Shown piece by piece: positions 42,926-52,672 of a DNA stretch of 64,000 bases (the stretch's first letter is position 1; each line of letters opens with the position of its first letter). The translations under genes and the position numbers were made by a program. The stretch is from Candidatus Zixiibacteriota bacterium. GTDB lineage: Bacteria; RBG-13-66-14; B26-G2; WVWN01. Location of the stretch: NCBI GenBank assembly GCA_050117845.1, contig JASFLY010000002.1, forward strand, positions 32,001 through 96,000. The letters run 5' to 3'. The notes beneath the pieces were generated by a model. The model saw nothing but the letters and a program-made list of their open reading frames with translations, was not told the DNA's origin and did not search any database.

Positions 42926-44425
42926 TTGAAGTTAAAGGCCTTACTGGCCGAGGTCCCGCACGAGGGAATACGGGGCGAGGCCGACCCGGAAATTAGCGCC
43001 GTTACGTACGATTCCCGGCAGGTAACGCCGGGGTCCTTGTTCGTAGCCGTGCGCGGCCTGCGAGCCGACGGCCACGCGTATCTGGACGAGGCCGAAGCCG
43101 CCGGCGCCGCCGCCGCCCTGGTGGAGGAGTATTCCCCGGCGGAATTGGCGTTGGCGCAGGTTTTGGTCGCCGACTCCCGGCGTGCGATGGCCCAGGCTGC
43201 CGCCGTTTTCTACGGCCACCCGGGCCGCGAAATCCCGGTGATAGGCGTTACCGGGACCAACGGCAAGACCACCGTCTCCTTCCTGCTCGAGGCGATATTC
43301 CACGCCGCCGGCAAGAAGACGGCGCTAATGACAACCGTAAAAAACGCCCTCGGCGGCGAGGACCGGCCGGCCCGTTTGACCACCGGCGAAGCCCCCGAAG
43401 TCCAGGCGCTATTGCGCGAGGCCGCGGACGCCGGGGCCGCCGTCGCGGTGGTGGAAGTATCGTCGCACGCGCTGACCCTCTCCCGCGTCGCCGGGATGCC
43501 GTTCGCCGCGGCCGTGTTCACCAACCTGAGTCACGACCACCTCGACCTGCACGGCGACATGGACTCGTACTTCGCGGCCAAGGCGAGCCTGTTCGAGGAA
43601 CTCGCGCCGGCCTCGCCGGCGATAATCAACGCGGACGACCCGTACGGCCGGAAGCTGGCCGCCCGTTCTTCGGGCCGCGTCGTTACGTACGGCGTGGACG
43701 CGAAGGACGCGGATTACCGGGCGGAGGGCGTTTCGGCCGGGTGGTCGGGGTCGACGTTTACCGTTGCGGCCCCGGACGGTTCGGCCACGGCGATAACGTC
43801 GCCGCTGGCGGGTTCCTTCAACGTCGGCAATTGCCTAGCGGCCTTCGCCGCGGCCCGGGAGCTGGGCGTCCCGGCCGAAGCGGCCGCGAAGGGCCTTGCG
43901 GAGACGGCGGCGGTGCCCGGCCGCCTCGAGGCCGTCGCGGTCAACGACGACCTTCGGGTGGTAATCGATTACGCCCACTCGCCCGATAGTATGGAGAAGG
44001 TGCTGGGCGAGATTCGGCGCCTCCCGGAGCATCGGCTGGTCGTGGTCTTCGGCTGCACCGGCGACCGCGACGTCGAGAAAAGGCCGACTATGGGCGAGAT
44101 CGCCGGCCGCTACGGCGATTACGTCGTCGTGACCACCGACGACCCGTACTACGAGGACCCGGCGGCCATCGCCCGGGGCGTCGAAGAGGGCCTGCGGGCG
44201 GCGGGAGCGGCGGACGAGTACACGGTCATCCTGGACCGGAGCGAGGCGGTACGCCACGCCCTCGCCTCCGCCCGGCCCGGCGAGCCCACGGTAATAGCGC
44301 TCCTGGGGAAAGGGCACGAGGATATTCAGAAGGTCCGGGGGCGAAACGTTCCGTACAACGACCGCAAGACCGTGGAGCGGCTGGCGGAAGAGCTGGGCCT
44401 TACGGACCGCGGGAGGGTCGAATAG
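42926..44425 (+). CDS. murE: UDP-MurNAc-tripeptide ligase
   Basis: YDSRQV.PGSLFVA, GVTGTNGKTT, EVSSH, FTNLSHDHLD, VPGRLE, DYAHSPD, VFGC.GDRD..KRP.MG, GKGHE; TTG start at 42926 inferred. Confidence 0.93.
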   Translation: MKLKALLAEVPHEGIRGEADPEISAVTYDSRQVTPGSLFVAVRGLRADGHAYLDEAEAAGAAAALVEEYSPAELALAQVLVADSRRAMAQAAAVFYGHPGREIPVIGVTGTNGKTTVSFLLEAIFHAAGKKTALMTTVKNALGGEDRPARLTTGEAPEVQALLREAADAGAAVAVVEVSSHALTLSRVAGMPFAAAVFTNLSHDHLDLHGDMDSYFAAKASLFEELAPASPAIINADDPYGRKLAARSSGRVVTYGVDAKDADYRAEGVSAGWSGSTFTVAAPDGSATAITSPLAGSFNVGNCLAAFAAARELGVPAEAAAKGLAETAAVPGRLEAVAVNDDLRVVIDYAHSPDSMEKVLGEIRRLPEHRLVVVFGCTGDRDVEKRPTMGEIAGRYGDYVVVTTDDPYYEDPAAIARGVEEGLRAAGAADEYTVILDRSEAVRHALASARPGEPTVIALLGKGHEDIQKVRGRNVPYNDRKTVERLAEELGLTDRGRVE

Positions 44426-44429
44426 GATT

Positions 44430-45215
44430 ATGGCTCCCAACGGCGAAAACGGCTACGATAAAATAGTCGCCACCGACGTCTTCAAGTCGTTCGGCGCCAA
44501 GAAGGTGCTTACCGGCCTCAACCTGACGGTTCAGGACGGCGACACGCTCGTTATCATAGGCCGGTCGGGGTGCGGCAAGTCGGTCTTCTTGAAACACATT
44601 ATCGGCCTCGTTCGGCCCGACTCGGGCACCATCGAGGTCGACGACTGCGAGGTATCGACGGCGAAGGGCCGGACGCTGAACGAGCTGCGGCGCAAGTTCG
44701 GCATGGTCTTCCAGGGGGCCGCGCTCTTCGATTCGCTGTCGGTGGGCCGCAACGTCGGCTTCTATCTTTACGAGTATTCGGACCTCTCCGACGCCGACAT
44801 CGCGGACGTAGTGGAGGACAAGCTTCGCCTGGTGGGCCTTGAGAACGTGTCCCACCTCAAACCGGCGGAGCTTTCGGGCGGCATGAAAAAACGCGTGAGC
44901 CTGGCCCGGGCCATCGCCCACGACCCGGAGATAGTGCTGTACGACGAGCCCACCACCGGCCTCGACCCCATCATGTCCGACGTCATCAACGACCTGATAA
45001 TAAAACTCGACGAACAGCTCGACGTCACGAGCGTGGCCGTGACGCACGACATGGCGAGCGCCTACAAAATCGCGGATAAAATCGCCATGATGTACGGCGG
45101 AAAAATCATCGCCTCCGGCAAGCCGGAGGAAATAAAGAACTCGGACGACGAATTCGTCCGGCAATTCATCGAGGGTAGCGCGGAAGGCCCCATCGACGTG
45201 ATAGGCGGTGCCTAA
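44430..45215 (+). CDS. mlaF: ABC transporter ATP-binding protein, MlaF/Ttg2A family
   Basis: GRSGCGKS, FQGAALFDSLSV, PAELSGGMKKRVSLARA, YDEPTTGLDPI, VRQFI.G...GPI. Confidence 0.9.
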   Translation: MAPNGENGYDKIVATDVFKSFGAKKVLTGLNLTVQDGDTLVIIGRSGCGKSVFLKHIIGLVRPDSGTIEVDDCEVSTAKGRTLNELRRKFGMVFQGAALFDSLSVGRNVGFYLYEYSDLSDADIADVVEDKLRLVGLENVSHLKPAELSGGMKKRVSLARAIAHDPEIVLYDEPTTGLDPIMSDVINDLIIKLDEQLDVTSVAVTHDMASAYKIADKIAMMYGGKIIASGKPEEIKNSDDEFVRQFIEGSAEGPIDVIGGA

Positions 45216-46082
45216 ATGGAAAAGATATCCAACGAAATAAAAGTCGGGATTCTGGTCTTTGCGGCACTTATCCTCTTGTCCATTCTCGTATTCGGCGTGG
45301 GCGAGATCCGTATTTTCGAACGAGGCCACCGTTATAACGTAATCTTCGATTCCTCGGCGGGCCTCAATCCCGGGGCCCACGTCCGTATGGGCGGCGTCAA
45401 GGTCGGCTCGGTCGACGACGTCGACTTCATCGACCACAAAGGCAAGCGCCGCGTCGTCGTTACGCTGCTCGTCCGCAAGGACCTCGTCGTCCACGAGGAA
45501 GACCGGTTCAAGATAACGATGATCGGCCTTTTGGGCGACAACTACGTCGAAATCGAACCCGGCCCCTCCAAGGCCCGCGTCATCGAACCCGGCTCCACCA
45601 TCGAGGGAGCCGAGGTCATCGGCATGGACGAGATGTTCAAGCAGGTCCAGGACGGCCTGGGCGCCATCAACGAGATGCTGGACGAACCGACGGTCGCGTC
45701 CTTTAAGGAAACGGTGCACAACACCGAGGAGATGTCCGAGGACCTGGCCTTCATCCTCGACACGAGCCGCGAGGACGTCACCATTACCCTCTCCAACCTG
45801 CGTTCGATGAGTTACCGCCTCGACTACATGATCGCCCGCAACGAGGACAACTTCGACGTAACCATGGACAACCTCTCGGTCATGTCCGACGACCTCAAGT
45901 ACACGGCGACGTCGCTACGGGGAGTCGCGGAGGGCCTGGAGGCCGGCGAGGGCACGGCCGGCAAATTGCTCAAGGACGATAAATTATACACCGACCTGGT
46001 CGACACCACGGCCGAAGCCAAGGGCTTGATAGAGGACGTTAAGGAACGCCCCGGCCGTTACATACACTTATCCATCTTTTAA
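45216..46082 (+). CDS. mlaD: MlaD/MCE family protein
   Basis: EIKVG + TM helix; GL.PGA.V.MGGVKVGSV, GLLGDNYVEI.PG, GTAGKLL.D..LY. Confidence 0.9.
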   Translation: MEKISNEIKVGILVFAALILLSILVFGVGEIRIFERGHRYNVIFDSSAGLNPGAHVRMGGVKVGSVDDVDFIDHKGKRRVVVTLLVRKDLVVHEEDRFKITMIGLLGDNYVEIEPGPSKARVIEPGSTIEGAEVIGMDEMFKQVQDGLGAINEMLDEPTVASFKETVHNTEEMSEDLAFILDTSREDVTITLSNLRSMSYRLDYMIARNEDNFDVTMDNLSVMSDDLKYTATSLRGVAEGLEAGEGTAGKLLKDDKLYTDLVDTTAEAKGLIEDVKERPGRYIHLSIF

Positions 46083-46122
46083 TTATCGAGGGCCACGAGC
46101 CCTCCCAAGGTAGGAAAACAAT

Positions 46123-48318
46123 ATGACCACAGGATTCGACATAGAGACGGGCGGGAGAAACGTCCGTTACGAAACCGGAAAAGTAGCCAAACTGGCCGAC
46201 GGGGCCTGCACCGTTACGTGCGGCGGCTCCGTCGTACTCGCAACCTTCTGCAACACCGAAGAACCCAGACCCGGCATCGACTGGCTCCCGCTGATGGTCG
46301 AATACCGCGAGAAAACGTACGCCGCCGGGAAAATACCCGGCGGGTTCTTCAAACGAGAGGGGCGCCCCTCCGAAAAGGAGACCGTGACGGCGCGCCTCAT
46401 CGACCGGCCCATCAGGCCGCTGTTCGACGCCTATATCCGCAACGACCTACAAATCATCACCACCGCCCTGTCCGCGGACCAGGAAAACGACACCGACGTA
46501 CTAGCCCTCAACGGCGCCTCGCTCGCCGTCTCGCTGTCGGCGATGCCGTGGTACGGCCCCGTCGGCGCCGTGCGCGTGGGCCTGGACAACGGAAATTACG
46601 TCATCAACCCGTCCGTCCCCGATATGGAGACGAGCCGCCTCGACCTCATCGTCGTCAGCACCACGGATAAAATCGTGATGATGGCCGGCTCCGGGGCCGA
46701 GTTGACGGAGGACGAGATGATGGGCGCCGTGGAAGCCGGGTTCGCCGAGGCCAGCAAGACGGCCCAGGCCATCGCCGACTTCACGCGGCACGTAAACAAG
46801 ATGACCATACCCCCGCCCGAGCGCGACGCGGCGTTCGAAGCCGATGTCAAGGGCTTCATGGAAGGCCACGTTCGCCCCATTATCGACATCCAGGAAAAGA
46901 TCCCCCGGCGACACGCCCGGACCGAACTGGTGGAGAAAACGTACGCGAAATTCGACGCCGAGGACGAGGACGCGGCCGACAAGCAGAAAGCCATCAACAC
47001 CTTCCTCGAGGAACTCGAGGAGGCCGAAATACGGCGTATGGCCTTCGAGGACGGCACCCGCCAGGACGGCCGGGGCTTCGACGAACTCAGGCCCATCGAC
47101 ATCGAGGTTTCGGTTCTGCCCCGGGCCCACGGCTCGGCCATATTCACGCGGGGCCAGACCCAGGCGTTGGTGGCGACGACGCTCGGAACGGTCTCCGACG
47201 AACAGCGCATAGACGACCTGTTGGGCGACCGGACCAAAGCCTTCATGCTTCACTACAACTTTCCCCCGTTCTCGGTGGGAGAGGTCAAACCGATTCGCGG
47301 AGCCGGGCGGCGGGAGATAGGCCACGGCCAACTCGCCGAGACTTCGCTCCAACGCATCCTCCCGGGCGAAGACGACTTCCCGTACACCGTGCGCGTGGTT
47401 TCCGACATATTGGAGTCGAACGGCTCCTCGTCCATGGCCTCGGTATGCGGCGCGAGCCTCTCGCTCATGGACGCCGGCGTCCCGGTCAAGAACGCCGTGG
47501 CCGGCATATCCATCGGCCTTATCTCGGGCGACGAGCGCAACATCCTTCTCACCGACATCCAGGGCCTCGAGGACCACTACGGCGACATGGACTTCAAAGT
47601 CGCCGGCACGCGCGACGGCGTCACCGCGGTCCAGCTCGACATGAAGGTCCGCGGCCTGACGCTCGACGTCATCCGGGAAACCTTCGCCCAGGCGAGGGAA
47701 GCCCGTTTCGCCATCCTCGACCGTATGGACAGCGTCATCGCCAAACCGCGGCCCGAGCTCTCGCCTTACGCGCCCCGGATACTTATAACCTTCATCGACG
47801 TCGAAAAAATCGGAACCGTCATCGGCCCGGGCGGCAAGATGGTCCGCCGCATCATCGCCGAGACCGGCGCTTCCATCGACATCGAGGACGACGGCAAGGT
47901 CACCATCGCCTCGCCCGACGAGGAAGCCGCCCGCAAGGCCCTCGAGATGGTCAAAACGCTGGTCACCGACCCCGAGGTCGGCGCGGTCTTCAAGGGGAAA
48001 GTCGTCCGGATTATGAAGTTCGGCGCCTTCGTCGAAATCCTCCCCGGCGTCGACGGCATGATACACATCTCCGACCTGGAACACCATCGCGTTAATAAGG
48101 TCGAGGACGTCGTGAATATCGGCGACGAGGTCGAGGTTAAGGTTATAGAAATTGACGATATGGGTCGTGTCAACCTGAGCCGCAAGGCCTTGCTGCCGGG
48201 AGGCCCCCCGGAAGGATCCGAGCGTTCGGAACGCTCCTCCCGCGACGGCCGCCCGCCCCGGAGACGAAATGACCGACGCTCCTCAGGCGAACGCCGTAAT
48301 AAAAAAGACCGCCGCTAA
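46123..48318 (+). CDS. pnp: Polyribonucleotide nucleotidyltransferase
   Basis: AAGKIPGGFFKREGRP, RLIDRPIRPLF, HYNFPPFSVGE, ESNGSSSMAS, GDMDFKVAGT, KH and S1 domains. Confidence 0.98.
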   Translation: MTTGFDIETGGRNVRYETGKVAKLADGACTVTCGGSVVLATFCNTEEPRPGIDWLPLMVEYREKTYAAGKIPGGFFKREGRPSEKETVTARLIDRPIRPLFDAYIRNDLQIITTALSADQENDTDVLALNGASLAVSLSAMPWYGPVGAVRVGLDNGNYVINPSVPDMETSRLDLIVVSTTDKIVMMAGSGAELTEDEMMGAVEAGFAEASKTAQAIADFTRHVNKMTIPPPERDAAFEADVKGFMEGHVRPIIDIQEKIPRRHARTELVEKTYAKFDAEDEDAADKQKAINTFLEELEEAEIRRMAFEDGTRQDGRGFDELRPIDIEVSVLPRAHGSAIFTRGQTQALVATTLGTVSDEQRIDDLLGDRTKAFMLHYNFPPFSVGEVKPIRGAGRREIGHGQLAETSLQRILPGEDDFPYTVRVVSDILESNGSSSMASVCGASLSLMDAGVPVKNAVAGISIGLISGDERNILLTDIQGLEDHYGDMDFKVAGTRDGVTAVQLDMKVRGLTLDVIRETFAQAREARFAILDRMDSVIAKPRPELSPYAPRILITFIDVEKIGTVIGPGGKMVRRIIAETGASIDIEDDGKVTIASPDEEAARKALEMVKTLVTDPEVGAVFKGKVVRIMKFGAFVEILPGVDGMIHISDLEHHRVNKVEDVVNIGDEVEVKVIEIDDMGRVNLSRKALLPGGPPEGSERSERSSRDGRPPRRRNDRRSSGERRNKKDRR

Positions 48319-49531
48319 CGGCATACGCGTCGTCTGCGAATACATACCCACCGTCCGCTCCGTCGCGGCCGGTGTCTGGTGCGCCGCCGGCGTCGTTGAC
48401 GAGCCTCCGGGCCTCAACGGCATCTCCCACCTGATAGAACACATGTTCTTCAAGGGAACCGAGCGGCGCACCGCCGCCGAAATCGCCGCCGAGGTGGACA
48501 GCATCGGCGGCGCGCTCGACGCTTTCACCGAGAAGGAGAACATCTCCTTTTTCGCCCACGTCCTGTACGAGCATCTCCCGCTCGCGCTGGACGTTCTTTC
48601 CGATATCGTCCTTAAATCCACGTTCCCCCCGGACGAATTCAACAAAGAGAAAAAGGTCCTCGCCGAGGAAATCCGTCTCTACGAGGACTCTCCGGACGAG
48701 AAAATCCACGACCTGGTGATGGGCATAATCCAGCCGGGCGAGGCCATCGGTATGCCCATCCTCGGGTCCTTCGACACTATCAAAGCCATAAGCCGCGACG
48801 ACGCGATGGCCTACCGCCGTCGGACCTTCACTACCGACCGTATCGTCATCGGCGCCGCCGGGTACGTGGACCCGGAGGAGTTCACGGCGATGGTCGAGGA
48901 GTACTTCGACGAACTACCGACCGACGGCGACGCGGCCGACGGACCCGCGGGGACTTCGCCCGCTCCCCCGGCGGCTTACGTCAAGGATACCGAACAGACG
49001 CACCTGTGCCTTGCCGTCCCCGGTCTCCCCTACGGCCACGCCGACCGCTACGGCCTCGCGGCCTTAACGACCATCCTGGGCGGCAACGCCTCCAGTCGGC
49101 TCTTCCAGAAGGTACGCGAAGACCGCGGCCTGGCCTACTCCGTTTACGCGTACGGCCGGGGTTTCCACCACGCCGGCGCCCTGGTTGCGTACGCCGGCAC
49201 GAGCCCCGGCTCGGCCGTCGAGACGCGCGACATTATCCTGGAGCAAATGCGGGACCTCGCCACGAATAAGGTCGCGGAAGACGAGCTTAACCGCACCCGC
49301 GATTACCTCAAGGGCACGCTGATGCTGGCGATAGAGTCGACCGCGGCCCGGATGGGCCGCAACGTTCGGCACGAAATCTACATGGGCCGACACGTATCGC
49401 TGGAGGAGACGCTGGCCGGCGTCGACGCCGTCTCGGCCGAGGACGTCCTTCGCCTCGCCGCCCGGTTCTTTTCGCAACCCCCGGCGGTCGTGGCCATCGG
49501 CCCCAACGCGGATACCGTTACTAATATTTAG
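48269..49531 (+). CDS. M16 family zinc peptidase
   Basis: GISHLIEHMFFKGT (HxxEH), SSRLFQKVREDRGLAYSV; usual position after pnp. Confidence 0.93.
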   Translation: MTDAPQANAVIKKTAANGIRVVCEYIPTVRSVAAGVWCAAGVVDEPPGLNGISHLIEHMFFKGTERRTAAEIAAEVDSIGGALDAFTEKENISFFAHVLYEHLPLALDVLSDIVLKSTFPPDEFNKEKKVLAEEIRLYEDSPDEKIHDLVMGIIQPGEAIGMPILGSFDTIKAISRDDAMAYRRRTFTTDRIVIGAAGYVDPEEFTAMVEEYFDELPTDGDAADGPAGTSPAPPAAYVKDTEQTHLCLAVPGLPYGHADRYGLAALTTILGGNASSRLFQKVREDRGLAYSVYAYGRGFHHAGALVAYAGTSPGSAVETRDIILEQMRDLATNKVAEDELNRTRDYLKGTLMLAIESTAARMGRNVRHEIYMGRHVSLEETLAGVDAVSAEDVLRLAARFFSQPPAVVAIGPNADTVTNI

Positions 49532-49532
49532 C

Positions 49533-50867
49533 GTGGATTTCCGGCACTCCCCATCCCGCGGCCCGCGCCGGGGCCCCCGCGTCCTCCGGCCATCGGGCCG
49601 GGCGGCCGCGTTGCGTGGCGCGGCCTGCGCGTTCGCCCTCGCGGCGGCGGCCCGGCCGGGCCCCGGCCTTGCCGAAAACGACGCTCCTCCCACAATCGTC
49701 GTCAAGGAAATTCGCACCCACGGCAACTTCAAAACGTCCCGCGGCGTCATCCTTCACTACTGCGAATTCGAGCCGGGCGACGTTATGACCCAGGAAGAAC
49801 TCGACGTTAAACTCCGGCGAACCCGGCGCAACCTCGAGAATACGCAGTTCTTCTCCCGTCTCAACGTCTTCGACCTGCCACGCAGCAACCCCGACGAGGC
49901 CGTCATCATGATCGACATGGCGGAAGGCACGGACTGGCACTTCAGCGCCTCGACCTGGCAGGCCGAACTCAGCAAGGAGAACATCGGCGGCGACGCCGTT
50001 ACCGCCGGCGTCGAGTTCGGCCTCGACCGCCAACGCCTGTTCTACGAACAGCCCTGGATTTTCGATTCCCGTTTCTTCGTCGCCGCGGCGGGATTCTTCG
50101 AAAACGGCCACCGAACGCCTTTGGAAAACGACACCGGGTACGGCGGCGAATGGTTCTTCCACGAGGCCGCGGGCGGCGAGGGCGAACTGGCGTACCTGAT
50201 AACACTCCGCACCAAGACCGGCATCGGCGTTCTGGGAGAATACGCGAACTATTACGACGTCCGAATCAAGTCAGACCCCGAAGGCCGGTACGGCATAAAG
50301 GACGAAGCCACCCTCATCGCGGCGCGGCCCTACGTCGAATGGGACGCCCGGGACAACGACCGCTACCCGACGAAGGGCGGGTTCTTCCTCGTGAAGAGTG
50401 AACTCTCGTCGCCGAAGGTGGGCGACTACGACTACGCCCTAGTCGAAGGGGACGTTCGGGGTTACGTGTCGCCTTGGGGCGAGTTCGTAATCGCGGAGCG
50501 GGTGCGCGGCGGCGTGGCCACGGAGTATACGCCGTACATCCGACGCATATCCATCCGTGGCGCCGACGGCCTGCGCAACGTCGCCTCCACCCGTACCATC
50601 GGAACGCGGGCCCTACTCTTCACCACGGAGTTCCGGCGCCGCCTCTTCAAGTCGCCTATATTCGACGCCTGGTTCGAGGGGGTCGTGTTCTGCGACGCGG
50701 GCCGCGCCTGGGACCCCGGCCAGCCCGTCCGCATGGAGGGATTCGATTACGCCTTCGGCCCGGGTATCCGCATCCATATGCGGAGCCCTTTCTTCTTCGA
50801 CTGGCGCGCGGAACTAAACGTCAACGAAGAATTATCTTTCTACGCCACGGCCCGCCGGGCGTTTTAA
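49533..50867 (+). CDS. Omp85/BamA-TamA family outer membrane protein with one POTRA domain
   Basis: I..HGN.KT...VI POTRA start; WDARDN..YPTKG, GLRN loop, F.DAGRAW, G.GIR; C-terminal Phe. Start uncertain. Confidence 0.75.
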   Translation: MDFRHSPSRGPRRGPRVLRPSGRAAALRGAACAFALAAAARPGPGLAENDAPPTIVVKEIRTHGNFKTSRGVILHYCEFEPGDVMTQEELDVKLRRTRRNLENTQFFSRLNVFDLPRSNPDEAVIMIDMAEGTDWHFSASTWQAELSKENIGGDAVTAGVEFGLDRQRLFYEQPWIFDSRFFVAAAGFFENGHRTPLENDTGYGGEWFFHEAAGGEGELAYLITLRTKTGIGVLGEYANYYDVRIKSDPEGRYGIKDEATLIAARPYVEWDARDNDRYPTKGGFFLVKSELSSPKVGDYDYALVEGDVRGYVSPWGEFVIAERVRGGVATEYTPYIRRISIRGADGLRNVASTRTIGTRALLFTTEFRRRLFKSPIFDAWFEGVVFCDAGRAWDPGQPVRMEGFDYAFGPGIRIHMRSPFFFDWRAELNVNEELSFYATARRAF

Positions 50868-50874
50868 CCGGATA

Positions 50875-51453
50875 ATGCGTACCAAGGCCACAACGCTGTT
50901 GCTACTGCTGCCGCTCGCGGCCGGGGCCGCCGTCTCGACGTACGCCGAGGTCGCGGCCCTAGTCGCCGCGGCGGAGGAGGGAGACGTGGCCCCCGGCGAC
51001 GCCATGGCCGAGCTGGACGCCTCCCCGGACGTCCCTCTAGCCGGCGCGGCCCGCGGCCGCCTGTACATACTCAGCACACGCAACGCGCCGTTCTCGCTCG
51101 TGAAATACGCCAATATATACCGCGGCTTCGAGGCCCTGAACGACTACGTCTCCACCCACGACGGAGACCCCCTTCCCAGAGTCTGGCGCGCGACGTCGGC
51201 GGTCGAGACCGACTACGTCCTGTGGAGCATGTCCCGCACCCGCGACGACCTCCGTGCCGCCGGAGCAATGTGCCAGGCCGACCCGGACCTCCCCAACCAA
51301 ACGCCCCGGTGCAAACTGCTGCTCGGGACGATGGCCAAGGACGAAGGGGACCTGGAGGAGGCGCTGCGGCTCTGGGCCGAAGCCTTCGAAGCCGACCCGA
51401 GCGGCCCCGCCGGCCGGGAGGCCGCCCGGCTCCTGGACCTCTTCACCGGATAA
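50875..51453 (+). CDS. Exported helical/TPR-like hypothetical protein
   Basis: Signal peptide; C-terminal TPR-like helix pair. Confidence 0.55.
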   Translation: MRTKATTLLLLLPLAAGAAVSTYAEVAALVAAAEEGDVAPGDAMAELDASPDVPLAGAARGRLYILSTRNAPFSLVKYANIYRGFEALNDYVSTHDGDPLPRVWRATSAVETDYVLWSMSRTRDDLRAAGAMCQADPDLPNQTPRCKLLLGTMAKDEGDLEEALRLWAEAFEADPSGPAGREAARLLDLFTG

Positions 51454-51466
51454 CCGGTCAGCGACC

Positions 51467-52672
51467 ATGGCCCGCATCGTTATCGCGAAGCACCGCCTGC
51501 CGTACCCGACGTTCACGGGCACGGACGTCGTAACGTTCAACTTCCTCCGGGCCCTGGCGGAACGCCACGAGGTGACGTTCGTCTCGCTCGTGACGGCCGA
51601 AGTCGACGCCGAATGCGGCCGGGCATTCGAGGAGATAGGCGTCCGGCTGGTCCCGGTCCTGATGCCCAACAAGAGAAGCACGGCGGCGCGGGCCTTCTAT
51701 AAACTCTTCTACGGTGTCGCGGCCTGGCTCTCCGGCTCTCCGATGGACCTCTGGTATTACAATCCGCCCGTCTTCCGGCGGGCCGTGAAGCAGGAATGCG
51801 CCGACGCGGACATACTGCAATGCGAATACTGGTACCTCTATCCCACGGCCCGGGCCGTCAAAGGCCCCGTTAAAGTACTCCTGAAACACGACGCCGAATT
51901 CGAACTCAACCGCCGTATCCTCCGCATCACGCGCAACCCGATATCCAAGGTCGGCCGGGCGTGGCGTTTCCTGCACCGCCGGGCGTACGAACGGGCGGCG
52001 AACCGCCACTTCGACCACGTCCTGTGCCTCAGCCAGGTGGACGCCGGACTCGTAGCGCCGTACACGGCGAGGCCGCCCCGCGTCCTCTTCCCCATAGTCG
52101 ACGTCCCGTCTTCGACCCCCCCGGCCCCTTCGGCTCTGACATCCCGGCTGGTCTACTTCGGCGGCACGCGCCGCGACGTCAACCGCCACGGCCTGGAGTT
52201 CTTCCTTCGCGACGTCTACCCGGCAGTCCGCCAACGCGTGCCGGCCGTGCGTTTCACCATAAGGGGAGAGGCCCCGCCGCGGAGCCTGCGCCGTCTCGCC
52301 GGCGACGCCGTCTCGTTCGAAGCTCAGACCCGGGACCTGGGGGACGAGCTTTCCTCCGCCGCGGCGTCGGTCGCGCCGCTCTGGGCCGGATCGGGCGTCA
52401 AGATAAAGATTCTGACGTCGCTGGCCCACGGCCTGCCCGTCGTGACGACGCCCATCGGGGCCGAGGGCATCCCGGCCGAGGACGGCGAAGGAATCCTCGT
52501 CGCCGACACGGCCGAAGCCTTCGCCGCGGCCGCAACGCGGCTCCTCACCGAACCCGACTATCAACGCGCGCTCGCGGAAGGGGCACGGCGTTTCGCCGCG
52601 CGCGAACTGGACCCCGCCGTCCGCAACGGCCGGGTGGCCGAACTATATGCCGAACTCGCGTCCTCATCTTAG
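51467..52672 (+). CDS. Glycosyltransferase family 4
   Basis: RLPYP...G, LAERHEV, N..GL.FF...VYP, APL..GSGVKIKIL, PVVTTPIGAEGI; start at ATG 51467. Confidence 0.88.
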   Translation: MARIVIAKHRLPYPTFTGTDVVTFNFLRALAERHEVTFVSLVTAEVDAECGRAFEEIGVRLVPVLMPNKRSTAARAFYKLFYGVAAWLSGSPMDLWYYNPPVFRRAVKQECADADILQCEYWYLYPTARAVKGPVKVLLKHDAEFELNRRILRITRNPISKVGRAWRFLHRRAYERAANRHFDHVLCLSQVDAGLVAPYTARPPRVLFPIVDVPSSTPPAPSALTSRLVYFGGTRRDVNRHGLEFFLRDVYPAVRQRVPAVRFTIRGEAPPRSLRRLAGDAVSFEAQTRDLGDELSSAAASVAPLWAGSGVKIKILTSLAHGLPVVTTPIGAEGIPAEDGEGILVADTAEAFAAAATRLLTEPDYQRALAEGARRFAARELDPAVRNGRVAELYAELASSS

